A stretch of DNA of 63,982 nucleotides, the filler included, from Octopus bimaculoides (lineage: Eukaryota), in assembly GCF_001194135.2 (NCBI RefSeq). It is 5 parts of 5 records of this genome, joined end to end, with 100 filler letters (N's around TTAATTAATTAA, not from the genome) between each part and the next. Parts side by side here need not be neighbours in the genome. Positions count along the whole stretch, not along the records: positions 1 to 27,759 come from NC_068990.1; 4 more parts are not named here. The stretch is one strand, 5' to 3'. Of the stretch, positions 1 through 15,320 are shown piece after piece. The position numbers and the translations under genes were made by a program. Position 1 is the first letter of the stretch, and each line of letters begins with the position of its first letter. The notes under the pieces are model-generated. The model saw only the letters and a program-made list of their open reading frames with translations. It searched no databases and had not been told where the DNA came from.

Positions 1-47
<47 letters not shown>

Positions 48-70
48 AAGCGAGAGAGAGAGAGAGAGAG
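1..70. repeat. (GA)n microsatellite
   Basis: AG dinucleotide run from base 1, briefly interrupted at ~43-51. Confidence 0.95.
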
Positions 71-1170
71 AAAATAATTAAGGAAAAAGAAGCATAATTA
101 TAAAAACCATTTATGAATAAAGTATTTGTCATGTTTACCTGTTTTGTTATCTAAGCAGGACATAAGCTTCTCAAATACGAATGCCATTTGCTGAAATATT
201 TTAACTTTCAACTATATATTAATCTCGATTGCTATGTAGGTTTTTGTTTTCGAATTTAAATTTTATTGTTATTTTGTTGATTTTTTTAACATTACATTTA
301 GTGGTTTCCCTTTGTTTCGCTCTATTTCCATCGTCGCAATCTATTGCTTTGCAATTTTATTGAAACTATTATTACTTCAACTAAGTGTAATTCCAAATTT
401 AAAAGTCTGTTTTATTGATTCTCGAAACCATTGTAACTGTGAGTGTCTGGTATGTTCATAAAAGATGTTTGTAATAAACGAACTTTTTGATATTAACCCT
501 TGCTAGACCTAATACGTTAGACATTAGGTAGGTCAATAATGGCTGAAAATCCATACAGCGTATCTAGGGCAACCGAAACAGGAAAAATCAATTAATAATG
601 ATCACAATATTGTTGTTTTTGTCGTTGTTATTACAGGAGCTAACTCTTAATGTGCAGATGTAACGCTGGTCTATAATGGAAGTATTTCAGCCGTGATCAA
701 ATAATTCCTATCTTTGGACTCTGTCTACATCAAATTATATTACCTGTGTGTCATTTTATATAACGGCAGTGTGTGATTAGAAGAATATTAGCTGTTATTT
801 CCCGCAGCTTCGAGAGCTGTGTTAGTGTTGAGGACTGTTATTGAGGCATTGATTTCGTTTGGCTCTATTTGATACCAAGACTAACAATTAGTTACTTTAA
901 TAACTCATGGATTTCAAGACATCGCAGTTTCCGGTTGATAATCACAGATAATGTGTACCGAATTCAACAGTATTTTCATTTAAAATGTTATTTAAAAATG
1001 ATATCGATGGCACGTTTATATATAACTAGTTTACACATACATACATACATGCATACATACATACGTACATACATACGTAATATATGTATATATGCATATA
1101 ATATAAATAAATGTACATATATTTTTGCATGTAAACCATCAAATATCAGCAGATAGAAGAGGTGAATATG

Positions 1171-2059
1171 CGAGGTCTAATAAATCCGTATCCAGACTGT
1201 AGCCATAGTAATGAAGCTAAAGCACACAGAGTGAAGCTGCTTGGCAAAGATTCACCGTGAACGCTGGTGTTCATGCGCACAAAGGTTTAATATGCTAGCT
1301 CATTTCCGCTGTTTACAGCAGAGTTTGGAAGGAAGGTGTGTAACGTGTGATCGTTGCATTGACCATGGAAGAGAATGTTGTCATGGCGATACTTCATCAG
1401 AGGCCTACGTAAATTTGCTGAAATTGTTTATGCTGCACGCAAGTGTATGAGTGCTTCAGACGTTTCGAAGATGGCCGAAAAAAATGTCGATATTGACGAG
1501 CGTTCTGGGAAACCCGCAACCAGCAGAAATGAGAAAAACATCGCAGATGTGTGCGCAGCTGTGAGGGGAGATCGTCGAGGGATCATCCGTGAGTTATAAG
1601 GGGGTGTGCAGATTAGTTACGGTTCAGTTCAGACCATTATCACTGACGATTTGGGTATGAGACGTGTGTCCACCAAATTTGTGCCAACACTTCTTTCAGC
1701 TGACCAAAAGAACAAAAGACACTCGGTTTTCAGTTTCACAGCATCTCCTTGATTGTGTCGAAAACGATGAAAGCATTTTGAAAATTTTGCGTAGGCCTCT
1801 GAGTAGGTATCACCAAGTTTTTAGCAAAATTTAATGCAGATTCTCTACTCAACTTTCTCTGTCATTGTCAGTGCGACGACGACACGCCACACACCTTCCT
1901 TTCAAGCACTGCTGGAAACAGCGGAAGTAAGTTAGAACCTTAAGACTTAGTGCACATACACAACAGAGTTCAAGGTCAATCTTTGCCAAGCAGCTTTACT
2001 CTGCGAGCTTTAGCTTCGTTACTATGGTAACAGTCCTCATACTTATTGATCAGACTACG
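1171..2059 (+). mobile_element. Internally deleted Tc1/mariner (mariner-type) DNA transposon
   Basis: ~90-bp imperfect TIRs (left CGAGGTCTAATAAATCCGTATCCAGACTGTAGCCATAGTAATGAAGCTAAAG; right reverse complement CGTAGTCTGATCAATAAGTATGAGGACTGTTACCATAGTAACGAAGCTAAAG), TA at the right end. Frameshifted mariner N-terminal transposase residues (DIDERSGKPATSRNEKNIADV..VRGDRR, DLGMRRVSTKFVPTLL); catalytic domain missing. Confidence 0.85.
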
Positions 2060-2962
2060 TATTTGTTTACCTTGATATGTGATAATAATTTCAGTGTATA
2101 ATAAATTATCTTTCCATGTATGTCTGTGTATATATATAGATGTATGTGTGCGTTTGTTGATTTCTAAAATGAATTGGAATTCTTGAAATGCTGCATGGTG
2201 TGTAAAGAGTGTCTCCCTTCGCAGGGTTAGTGACATGACGTGCCGTGTTTTAAATATCTGGAATACCTCATTGCGTCCCAGTGCTGAATCTAGCTGATTT
2301 CCCGTAGAAAGTATACACGTAAAAGACGGTATAGTTTTCTACCACTCCTATCCTACCTTTTACTTGCTTACCCACTTCTCATAAAACTACTCGTGAAGAC
2401 ACGTAGGATTTTTCTCTTGTAGACGTTATTTCGCTTACACGAATAAAACACCAGTTTTTTAATGTTTAGGTCAACAGAACGCTCTAATTGTTCCTAACAT
2501 ATTAACATATGCACAGAATCCGATATTTGGGGAAGGCTAATAGCCTGTAGATGGAGAGTGATTTATTTTGTAGCCACTAAATGCATGTAAGTATAGCTCG
2601 TTGGGATTTGAAACTAGAACGTAAGCAGCTAGCAAAAGGACAATTTTTCTGATGTGATAATGAACCTAATTAAGGTTTTCTAACATAGATTAGATGACTG
2701 GAATTCGGGGCGCAGGAGTTAGTCAAATAAACCACTCCGGCATTTACTAGTACGCTATTTTACCGATTTTTGAGTGATGAGATGTATAGCTAACCTTAGC
2801 GAGATTCGAACTTGTTACTAAATGTTGTTCCCTATTTTTTTCAAATACCCTTATGCTTCAGATAGAATACAAAGACAGTATAACAAAATATCTGAAGTTT
2901 ATATAGGATCTGAGTAGGTTTCCGACTTCAACATTGCCTAATAAAGCAAAGAGATGTACCAA

Positions 2963-3298
2963 AGGCGCATGGCTCAGCGGTTAGAGCGTCGGGCACAAAA
3001 TCGTGAGGTAGTAAGTTCGAATCACGGACCGGGCTGTTTGTTGTGTTCTTGAGGAAGACACTTATTTCATGTTACTCCAGTTCACTTAGCTGTAGAAATG
3101 AGCTATGACGTCAGTAGTGCCAAGTTGTATAGGCCTTTACTTTTGATAACATCAGTGGCGTGGAGAGGGGGCGGCTGGTATGCATGGGCGACTGCTGGTC
3201 TTCCATAAAATAACCTTGCTTGGATTTGTGCCAAGGAGAGGAACTTTCTAGGTGCAAACCCATAGTCATTCACAACTAAAAGAGTGTCGTTACCTTTT
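2963..3298 (+). mobile_element. tRNA-derived SINE (family with GTTGTGTTCTTGAG.AAGACACTT central domain)
   Basis: A box (TGGCTCAGCGGTTAG), B box (GTTCGAATC), then a conserved-type central domain. A related decayed copy lies at ~42516-42820. Confidence 0.75.
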
Positions 3299-3890
3299 TA
3301 TACTAGTGACATCAACTGACTCATTAAATTGACTACGTACGTTCCATGCAATCGTAGAACTATATATTATTTATATTACTAAATGTAGTACCTTTAATAT
3401 CATAGCATAGCCATAAACTCTGGCTGTAAGTTTTCCTAAAACAGAGACCAGTATCACATATCTACATATGTCTCTTACCACTTTACGATTGTTTATTCAG
3501 AGAAATTTATTAAGTGCTAAGAACGGATTATTGCGAATCGATGATGAAGCTTAGAATCTGAGTGGTCCGAGATTACACTGATGGTTGAATTCAGATGAAC
3601 AAAATATATAGATATAAATCAAAGTGACTCTCAAAGATGAGGGATGTATTTTCTATGTATTAAGGAATTTTTTTTTCTATTGCAAGACAAAGTCTGTATG
3701 TCTGCATTGTTGCAATGATTTATTGGCATGAATCAATATTTTATGTTTTTTGTATTTTCATTATTATTAAAGTATTATTGTTATTTATGATATCATGGCA
3801 TTAATATATCGATATTTTTTACCCAATAAACAAACTAGCATAGAAATACATTCGGATGTATGACTTCTTTATATACACACACACACACGC

Positions 3891-3930
<40 letters not shown>

Positions 3931-3940
3931 NNNNNNNNNN

Positions 3941-3976
<36 letters not shown>

Positions 3977-5559
3977 GTACATGCATGTATATATTTGTGT
4001 ACGTATGTATATGCATATACGCTTAGTCAATTTATTTACATAGTTAATATTTGTATTCACACGCAAATGAATCACTTATACAAGAAATCTAAAAACACCC
4101 ACACACACAAATACACACATATATATATACACTCACACACACATACATACAGATGTAGATACTATATTGATAATCATTTAAATATCCATATTCAAGGAAG
4201 TATGTATTTTTGTTTGTTATAAGTTAATATCGAATCCACAGAAGCACACAAACATACAGGCCTATACATGCGCACATGTATCTACATAAATGAATGTACA
4301 CAAATTTTCTCATATATATGCACATACACATTATAGTATATATATATATATATATATATNNNNNNNNNNNNNNNNNNNNNNNNNNNNNNNNNNNNNNNNN
4401 NNNNNNNNNNNNNNNNNNNNNNNNNNNNNNNNNNNNNNNNNNNNNNNNNNNNNNNNNNNNNNNNNNNNNNNNNNNNNNNNNNNNNNNNNNNNNNNNNNNN
4501 NNNNNNNNNNNNNNNNNNNNNNNNNNNNNNNNNNNNNNNNNNNNNNNNNNNNNATATATTATACTATATTATATATTATATTGTATTCTATATATATATA
4601 TGCGTGTGTGTATGTGTCGATATTTATTGGTATATATGAAAATGTAAGTTATATGTCTGAGAACGTGACGATTAAGATGTAAGATCAAATGACAAGCAGA
4701 AAATAAATTGAAAAAGTTATTCAAAAATTGTTAAATGAAAATAAAAGTATGATATAAATTCTAAAAAGATTATATTAATCTCAAAAACCCAAATATTGAT
4801 TCAGTAAGTTCCTGTAAACTGGTGAGAATTTATTTTCGGTATGCCAAAATTACCCAAGAGATAATGTAGACATACATATACAGGAATACACACACGCACG
4901 CACAGACACACCCATATGCGCATATGTATATATATGGATCTATATATGAGAATGTGTGCGTGCGTGCGTGCGTGCGTGTGTGTACGTATGACTAGCAGAA
5001 ATTTCGGGAAGGTATCTAAAGAGATTGGGAAAATATTGAAGAAAGATGAGTTTTTAAATATGATTGAAAAGGAAAATGTAAATATACACAAGCTGTATTT
5101 GAAATGCCCCAGTCTCGCCATCTGAATCTTGATAGAAAGAAGCAGTAACTATCGGAAAGATACAAATGGTGAAAATATATAAGGAGGGAATTAGCCCTAA
5201 GGATTATTTAATGTTATACTTATAGCATATATAGGGAAAAGGAATGTAATCTACATAGTCATCCGACCCATTAAGCATTGTAACTACATATTTCTCGAAT
5301 CATACGCAGGTCACTTAACATAGGAAAAAGTTATAACTATTCCAGCGGTAAGAAGTACAAAGATGGAACCAACTGTGAATTTGTTACAGAGCACATAGTG
5401 TATATGGACTGACTGGAAATAACTCAGTGGATTCCTTGATGGTCTTCATTCCTGGACATGACCTAGTGTAACCTTTCTGTTGCTGTAGAGTTTGAAGGTG
5501 TCTAAAAGATGAGTCATATGCTGGTTTGCCCTTACTGGACATTTTTATTTCGTTTAATG

Positions 5560-6100
5560 TTTAGTCGGGTAGAAAGTACAACTACCATGATATTTTACCG
5601 GGGCACCGAGACTTGTAAGAGAGAAGGAAGAAGTTATCTTAAAACTGGAGGACTGGTAGATATGTGTGCACCGTAATGGAGTCCACTAAATTTATCCGAA
5701 TGTCCGGTGATATTAAACCTGGTGATGAATGATGTCTACCGCCTTTTTATTTGGATAGCCTGAGAGCAGCTCAAAAGTTGCGCAAGATATTTTATAAATA
5801 GTAAATAACAATAAAGTATAATTTGTAAAATTCAACAAACAGCAAGGTGGACGTATGTGGATACAAAATGTGTATAAACCATTAAATATGAAAATTGTAG
5901 TTAAGAGCTTATGAATAAGAGTGTAAGTGATATAAGAAGAAAATTTATAGATGTACCAGAAAGTTTTGTAGTAGGTTGTAATCAACTTGATTAACACATA
6001 TATGCAAAAATCATTGTAAACGGAAGTAGAGAAAGTTAATACAATATGCTGATAGTTTGTGATTGCAGATTGTTGATGATGAATTTGTTCGTGTTTGTAA
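5560..6100 (+). pseudogene. Highly decayed LINE reverse-transcriptase fragment (CR1/L2-like)
   Basis: Recognisable remnants WIQNVYKPLNMKIVV (cf. WI..FL..R.Q.V), DVPESFVVG (cf. GVPQGSVLG) and QYADS (cf. YADD), with stops and frameshifts. Confidence 0.4.
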
Positions 6101-8287
6101 AGAGACAAACTTAAATGTTAGTCTGTTTAACCGATGCCTCATCCCATCTTAGTGAGGTTTTTTAATGCTGGCTTCATCGGTACCGTGTATAGCCATTGCT
6201 AATGTTTAGAATTTTAGTAATATTTTCTCTGAAAAAGAAATCAAGTTCTTAACATTCAGTTGTTTAAGATGTTATAACTTTTTGGACGCCGTGAAGGAGA
6301 ATGTACACTGGTGTACGGAAGCCCCTCGCTCCATAAACGATCGAAGATTTGCTAATTAGAAAGGCAGTGCATTGTTTCTCCAAATCTAATGAGAATATTT
6401 GTCTACGTTTGTGTGGCGTATATAAGGAATTTTGTCGGTAGATCTAGATCTAAAATTACCTCATCGCTGTATAATTGAAGTCAACACTTCATAGCTGGAA
6501 GTCTGACAGATTGCTTCCTCTGTAATGGATGGGGTGAGGGAGAAAATAGTGTGTGTCTACAGGGTGGATTAGATAGTGTAAAAGGGAAAACATATTCTGC
6601 CTGCTGTCGTACCTGACACCTTGCAATGATGGGAAGACATTAGGCTGCATATTCCTAAACACATTCAGTGAAACAATGAAACAAAATAAAAACAGTATGG
6701 TTATGAGGTGATTACTGTGGTGATGACGCTACTCTTACAGAGCTCATCTGGAGTTAAACATCATAAATAATTAGCATTTTGTTCATTCCTATTACTTTAT
6801 AATATTTGCCTGATCCATTTTGCTTTAAAGAGATAAAATAATATTAGAGATAAGGTGAATCTCATTAAATCTCACAACACGTGAGAACATTTTCTTCCAG
6901 ATTCCATTCAGTACAATTGTCTGAAAGCATCAAAAATGTAATGTTGGCCTGGTAATGAGAAACACAGAGTTACAAAATTGTGTTGCTGCTTTGGCATCCA
7001 AGCCAGTATTAACACATAATCTCTCTTTCTCTACCACCTCCGACAAAAATCAAGATGGCACATTATTGAGGTCTTTTTTAAATTCATTATGGCAATGGAA
7101 TTTATCGAACTGTTCTAATAATTCATTGAGAAGATTTCTTATCCCAAGCACCAACATCACTTTCTTGAACAGGCAGCTACATTTGACTAGATGTTTTCAC
7201 CAGAACAATTCTGATCAGACAGACATCGCAGACTTAACAAATAAATTCTTGACTTAATAATTATGACTTCTGTTCAGTCGAAGGTTATCTAGGACACTCC
7301 TTCAGCAAAGAGGCTAGAAGAAAGTATGCATGTGAGAGTAACTGTTATCTCTAGCAGTGAGTGACTTCCTTGCTAGGTTAAAGCAGACGGTAATTTCGGT
7401 CGCTGAGGTTATTTGAGCATGTGACTGATAATGTGCATTTTAGTATGGACTAATATTTCATATTTTAGTAGGGACTGATAATACACATATTGATCTAGCA
7501 TGCCGTAAATTTTAGAATTAAATAGTGTACATTCGGCCATATTTTATATATATATATATATGTATGATATTGCTAAACATTAGCAATGCCTGTACACGGT
7601 ACAATTGAAACTAGCATTAGAGAACTTCTCATTCAGGAAGGATGAAACAACTGTTAAGCAGGCAAGCATTTTAGCGTCTCATTACAAAGACGACTAGATT
7701 CATTATCAACAATATAAATGTTCCATTAAATCTGAGAGAAACATGTCAAAAACAATTCTCAGAATTGGGGAATTCATCTTTCAAATCACTATAAGTAGGA
7801 TTTGGATTCTGTAATGCAAAGGAACAAAGTACTTGTCAACTTGCAGAGTAACAGATGATTAACATTGGCAAGGTTTACAACACGATAATTATATTGCATT
7901 TGATTGGACTTTGTCGAGGGTGATTACGTCTCACAAATATGTAAAACTCCTTTAAAACCCGGAGCCATTTGACATGTAAAACCTGAATTTATCACTTTAC
8001 TTTGTCTTCATAAGCAGTATGAAGAGGCTGGAAGATGGAAATATAAGGAAGTTGCGTATTTTAAATCATTTAATATGTTAAAAAACACAAAACAATGTTT
8101 ATATATTGACAAAGAAATATCTTATTTCTCCTAGTAATCAATTACTAGAGATTTCGAAATTATAGCCTCCGTATATCTGGAGTCCATCTATCAAGCAGAC
8201 ACACGTGATCTAACAAGTGGTACGGAACGTATTGGTTAAACAATAATAGCAGAGTACAACTATTAAAATTTACTCGAGGCAGGTGCA

Positions 8288-11024
8288 GAAGGTGACCGAA
8301 ACCAATTTCTTTCAAAATTTGTATGCAAAATGGCCTTCATATGAAACCTTAAAATATGAAATATCTTTTTTTTATCTGACTCTAATATTTGTTGAGTTGT
8401 GTTTCTTTGTTTTTCATTTTAAAGTATTTAAATAAATCTAAAACATTTGCTTCGTCTATTTTTCCTGACAATAACAATAAAAAGTTGACCTAAAATTTGA
8501 CCTTTCATAGGTCAAAAGACGTGGTCATCGATCGTTTTGAAATGTTGTCCAAATACTGTCCTACTTAGTCACAACTCATATACAGGAATTCATGCTGCCA
8601 TCTCAGTGGGAACTGTAGTTGTGAGGTTATCTATTGATTACAGTTCATGTTATACAGCCTAATTAGATTACTCAAGTCTTATTGTCTTTCAGATTGGATA
8701 TATATGACCGTTTTAGTTCCATTCTAGCCATAGAAATAAACGCATTTCCTCAAGAAACTGCCAGTTGTGTTTTATAAAAATGAAGTAAGCAGTGTTATGT
8801 CACGAGAAAATGATTACAAATCAGTAAAAAAAGTTGGCAAAGAATCCACGAGTGAAAGTACCCCATACTTTGTAACTTAAAGGGAGCCTTCCAATTGTTT
8901 AAATAAAAAAAATGCTGAAATCAAAATTAGTTTCTCAAAATGTGCAGCGTTAAGGCCAAAAGAATGCATACTTGCAGGTAGTCCTGGTATACATAATGTA
9001 TGCGTATGCAACATTCATTAGAACGTTAAACTAATGATTTCTGGTATGACACTATCTGACTTAACCAAGGTAACTGTGAAAATTGTAGTTCTTTGTTAGA
9101 AAAGCTTGGAAATGTTTAATATGAATATGATTGATGAAGTACAGTATAAGCAATGGCTAACAAAAGACAGAACAATCCTAGAAAATATATCAAAATCAAC
9201 AGATGATTTTGTTTCAATTTTCTGTCACAAGCTTAAAGCACTTGAACTACATGATTTAATTGCAAAGGAACAATTGTAAATTTTGTACTCCAAGAAAAGT
9301 ATCTTCAAGTCAAAGAGAAATCTAAGTCATAGCAGAGTTTTCAGAGAATTCTTCATGCAACTTTCAATATGTTGTACAAAAATTACATTAGAACAATGTC
9401 TAAGCTATTTTCTGTCCGTGTGTCTGTTATCATAAACAAAACAATGGTGTGACTAACATCAATGTTGTTATTATATCCGACTGTACGAAGCATAATACTG
9501 TAGTAGTCCGTCTCTTCCAAAAAATAGCTGACAGATTTTTCTTGCATGCAAAGCTTTTAATATCAACAAAATTATCTATTTTTCAGATGGTAATGCTTCA
9601 TAATATAAAACTTGTAGGAATTTTATAAATTTATGTTATCATTCTATGGATTCCGAACTGATGCAGAGTGGCACTTCTTTGTTACTTCTCATGGCAGGGG
9701 ACCTTGAGATGGCTTAGGAGGTACAATTAAATGATTATGGTCAGCAAAATATTACTGGGATTAATTTTATCAACTTGCATTTATGAAATGCAGAATGAAG
9801 AATATCTATTAAGAGAGAGATTGAAAAGATGTAAGGACAATTGCAGGGACACAAAAGTTATATTGCTTTATCCCAAACTCGCCTTCAGAAATTAAGATAT
9901 CAGCAATAGATAATTATACTAAAATTAGAATCTCCATGCAAGATGCTATTCAATTTGAGGATATAAAAGAGTTTGTATTTGCAATTTATGATGGGGACTA
10001 GCAGTTAGCCTGTGTTGTAGAAACAGACCCAGAAACTATGCAAGTAAAATTCACCTTTCTTGAACCTAAAGGACTCTCATCCTTATTCCAGTATCCTAGA
10101 AAATCAGTTGTAAATTTGACCGCAGAACTTATATGGGAAGAACATATACTTTGACAGAAATAGAAATGAAAAATGCATCACAATTATTGATTTCAAGAAA
10201 ATTGGCTCATTAAATTTTGAAAATTTCAGAATTTCATCCGACATTACCTAGTAATTTAAAGCAAGGCAAGGGTGGGAGGTTGGGACATGTGGCCTCATCT
10301 GCTGAGCTATCAGGAGTGGCTCCTTAGGCGATGGGATTGCAAACAATGATGATTCTAAGTGTTGGCAGTGTCATTACCACCATTGACGATAGCAGAGCTG
10401 AAACGAAGGTATAATTAAAGTAGACATTATCATTGAAATAATAAAAATGCTTATTTTATATTATCAGCGGTTTGTTTTCTCCTTCAAGCTCAAATTGCCT
10501 TGCTTTGTAAGTGATTTTTGATCGTTTGTCGCTACGTTTCACTATAATTATATCTATTAAAAATACTTCCCATTGAGGTCCCAAAATGAATTTTTTTATC
10601 TGAGTTGTGACTAAGTAGGGCAGTATTTGGACAAAATTTCAAAAACATCGATGACCGCGTTTTTTGTCGTATGAAAGGTCAAGGATCAAATTGTAGGTCA
10701 ACTTGTTATGGTTATTGTAACGAAAAATAGACGAAGCAAATGTTGTCGAGCTACTTAAATATTTTAAAATGAAAAAAATTGAGTTTCTAGCTTAATTAGT
10801 AACTGAGATTTAACTTCTCAAAGTTATGGATTAACCGAAAAGATATCAATTTCTTGAAATTTTCAAATGGTCATAACTCAGCAAATATTTGATTGGGATA
10901 AAAAAAATATTTCATATTTCAAGGTTTCATTTAAAGACCATTTAGCATGCACATTTTGAAAGAAATCCGTTTCGGTCACCTTCAAGTTTTTAAAAAACTG
11001 CATTGATTTCGTACGGAATCACCC
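8288..11024 (+). mobile_element. Decayed long-TIR DDE DNA transposon, Sola2-like
   Basis: Inverted repeats of over 300 bp (~8288-8615 vs ~10565-10983). Right terminus reads GGGTGATTCC in reverse complement. Transposase remnant IYFSDGNAS*YK..RNFINLCYH...AEWHFFVTSHGRGP*DGLGGTIK at ~9575-9730. Left terminal ~40 bp missing. Confidence 0.7.
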
Positions 11025-11032
11025 AATATAAG

Positions 11033-11418
11033 TGGAGGCGCAATGGCCCAGTGGTTAGGGCAGCGGATTCGCGGCCATAGGATCGCCGTTTCGATTCCCA
11101 GACCGGGCATTGTGAGTGTCTATTGAGCGAAAACGCCTAAAGCACCACGAGGCTCCGGCAGGGGATGGTGGCGAACCCTGCTGTACTCTTCCACCACGAC
11201 TTTCTCTCACTCTTTCTTCCTGTTTCTGTTGTACCTGTAATTCAAAGGGTCAGCCTTGTCTCACTGTGTCACGCTGAATCTCCCCGAGAACTACGTTAAG
11301 GGTACACGTGTCTGTGGAGTGCTCAGCCACTTGCACGTTAATTTCACGAGCAGGCTGTTCCGTTGGTCGGATCAACTGGAACCCTCGACGTCGTAAGCGA
11401 CGGAGCGCCAACAACAAC
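11033..11418 (+). mobile_element. tRNA-derived SINE, ~385 bp, (CAA)n tail
   Basis: Head TGGAGGCGCAATGGCCCAGTGGTTAGGG...GTTTCGATTCC; full-length reverse copy at 37568-37951; head fragment at ~47791-47830. Confidence 0.9.
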
Positions 11419-12610
11419 ACAATATAATCAGTAGAAAATAACAACTTCCCTCCTCAAAAAGGTACGACGCAATTTCCATTATTACACTAATACATAGAAA
11501 CACGCACACATATACACACAGACACAGGTACACACTAGTCATACATGCGTGCGCGCGTGTTTGTATGAGTGCGTGCTCTGGAAAAAGATAACAGTTTGAT
11601 TAGCATATGTTTACACCTCACATAGAAAAATGAACCAGTCTCGTATTGATAAATACACTTATGAATGTATTGTTCATTTCTTATAATCTATTTTCCTCTT
11701 TTTTTTTATTAGTAATTCATTGACTTCTTTGTTCCAATATCTGGAATCGTGCCATTTTATTTACATATTTTTTTTTTTACTTCATAATACACAAAGAGGT
11801 AATTCTTCTAAGAAACAGTATTCTTTACAGTTATTGCTGATGTTGCTCAGTTGGTTTTCTTCTCTTTCATCTTCGTTGTATTAAGTTTCGTTTCAAATTA
11901 GACAGTCATATACATATACACGAATACACGAATATATTATATATATATATATACATATATATAAAATATACATTTTATATAAATATACGTATACATAAAC
12001 ACACACACACACACGCACACACACACAGATACACACACACACACACACATATATATATACATACATATGCATATACATATATATATATATACATATNNNN
12101 NNNNNNACAACGTTACTGATTTCGGAGCTTTCATTGAACAACCTCAACAATTGTCTTATCTCTCGGGATTTTGCAAAACAAACATTGCTAAATTTTTGAT
12201 TCAATTATGATGTCTTCTAGTTTATTTCATATAAAACCAAGAACATATCAGAATTATGGAATGTATGTATAAGTATACCGACATAGAGTGTAACGAACAC
12301 AAACACATTCTTGAACACCATTATATGTGTGATATGTATACAAACATACATATATATTTATATGCGTGTGTATATGCATATATACATGTAACTCCCTCGA
12401 TACGCAATGCTCTATTCTACTTCTAACATATATAAACCAATACACGTACCCCACTACTATGTTACAAACACACACACACACATATACATACACAGACAAA
12501 CACACACATACACACAAACACATACACACATATGCCCACATATACGCTTATATATGTGCTGCCTAATTTATTTATTATTCATATACCAATATACCTATAC
12601 ATCTCTCTCC

Positions 12611-12700
<90 letters not shown>

Positions 12701-13274
12701 TTAGGTTCTGAGCAAATTGCTACAAAACAACGTGGTGAATATAATACTCAAATACAAAGGGTAGATTAAAATATAATGTTCTATTGAATCTGAGAGAAAC
12801 TTGTTTTAAGCTTCAATAGCACAAGTACATATATATATACATACATACATACATACACACACACACATACGTATATATATATATATATATTATTTGCAAC
12901 TACACGTATGTATTGAAAAGTGATTATTTCAGATAAGATCGCAAAAGAAGCAACTTCTGCTTAGAAATATATATATATCTATATCAATTTATATCTAGCT
13001 TGCAATCAGGTATTAAACATAACTTTTTCTGAGACATTTGTTTGATATTATATATATTTGAATAGATTGCAGAGTGTATATCCATGACCGGAGATTTGGT
13101 TGCTAAGGTTTTCTTTATAACATCATAAATTTTATAATCCTTACACGTGTTTCACTACCAAACAATAATTCTTGCAGAAACGAATGCATGATCACCTTAC
13201 ATCACCAGAAGGAAGTTTAATCAACAGTCGCTTGTCAAACTGCAAGATACGTATATCTTCAGCGGTTTCTTATA

Positions 13275-13410
<136 letters not shown>

Positions 13411-14029
13411 GGTGTGTTGAAAAAAGGAAGTTTCTTATTTTCAAATTGTGAGATGTTGCAAGAGTGAGAGAGAGAAATGGGTTTTAAGACCAATCAGGGT
13501 GTTAAGAGAAGGGGAAAAATCGGGCGTTGACAATTGACTGATAATTCAGCAGAAAAGGACCACGCACACATTCACGTTCACGCTTATATAATTACTTTTA
13601 TATGAATGCTGTTGCGAATTCAAACATTTGCTAACATATATACACGCATGGTTCATTTCCACCGCTAATGATTTGTTCCTAAATTTATGTTTCTAGAGGC
13701 GGTGTTTCTGCTAGATCATATATTGGACTGGTTGGTGATGTAGAATGTAGGTATATATAAATGCGTATATTTATGCTCAGATATATACACAGAAATATAT
13801 GCGTCTTAAAATGTTCCTAAAAGCCTATTTATACAGAGACATATATGTATGTATATCGATTAACTCGGAAGCAACACATCTTGTTTCATCATAGCTATCA
13901 TTTCTAAATGTCATATATATTTATACGTGTATATGGATGTATGCACGTATGTATATGTAAGTATATGTGTGTGTGAGTATGTGCGTGTGTGTGTGCGTAT
14001 CGTTCGATTTATATGTATTTATTTATATT

Positions 14030-14214
14030 CGTCTGTCTACTTATCCATCCGTCCGTCCTTCCGTTTGTCCGTCCGGCTGTCCGTTTGTCCGTTTGTCCGT
14101 CCGGCTGTCCGTTTGTCTGTCTGTATGTCTGTCTGTCTGTCTATCCATCCATCCATCCATCCATCCATCCATCCATCTATCTATCTATCCATCCATCCAT
14201 CCATCCATCCATCC

Positions 14215-14254
<40 letters not shown>
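14030..14254. repeat. Graded tetranucleotide array (GTCC/GTTT to GTCT to ATCC to ATCT)
   Basis: Direct reading, including a duplicated TGTCCGTCCGGCTGTCCGTT unit. Confidence 0.9.
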
Positions 14255-14255
<1 letters not shown>

Positions 14256-15320
14256 ACTTTTTACATTGACGTTTCCGTGATATATTTTCGGTTATTGATC
14301 GGATTTTTGTTATTTCCCTGATCCCTTTTCATCGGAATTCGACCCATTTTTTTTCCTCTTCTTCCCAAAAAGAAAAGCTCTACTTTGTATTTTGTCCCCT
14401 CTGTGCTCAGCCCTGAGTGGCCAATAAAGAAACATATCTAACTATCTATCTGTCTACATGCGCACATTTAAGTTCGTCTATGTGCCAGACAGCTTTACTT
14501 CTATGTGTGTTTCATTAAATACAAGATTATTTCTATGGTATACTTTTCTTACTTTAGGTTTTACATATCTTTTCATTAACTTGTTACCGGCGTTCCCCGA
14601 CAAAATTATTTCGGACTTAGATTTTTAATTTTTAAAAATTTTTTCATTAGTCACTAGTTACATACTAATAATTTGAAGTTTACGTGTTTTACAATAAATG
14701 GCAAAATGTGATATGTGGTCTGTACAACAACATAAGGTATAAGATTTAGTATTGACTCTCACAAACGCCAAAGTTATAAAAGAAATCGAATGAAATCCTG
14801 TACTACCTTCTAATAACATAGATACTTGCACAATGAATTAAAGAATTCATCTGAAAATAGGTTCAAACTAAATAAAAACTGGTAGAATGAAACCCTTTTA
14901 AATAGCACAACTGATCGTTACAACAAAAGGGTATCCATTAGTGTTTAAAACCTGAAGTTAAAGTACATCAACCACAATTTCATTACTGCATATACAAGGC
15001 AAAACCCCACAAAATACAAAAAAGTGTAATATAATTTTTGTTTTAACATCCCCTTATGCCTCAACTGAAAATTACTGATGCTTGTGAGCTCACATGTACC
15101 CATTAATCACAAATTTCATTTCTTTTTAAGAAAATGCATTTATCATAAATATGATTTCACAAAATATATTTTAATAAAAACAAGACTTTATAAAAATAAA
15201 TTATAATAACTTATTCTACGGTTGCTAATTTTTTAAGCTCCTGACGATTTTGACAATTATATTATAAACTACACTGTCCAGTATACAATTCTATTGTTTA
15301 GAGAATATGAAGCTTATATA

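Noticed and set aside
6955-7257. 100-aa plus-strand ORF in non-microsatellite DNA
   Set aside because: No recognisable domain or splice context; neighbouring frames are full of stops; probably an old TE.
11033-11110. tRNA-like sequences (also at 2963, 42516, 47791, 57925)
   Set aside because: They are SINE heads continuing into SINE bodies; no complete cloverleaf gene is supported.
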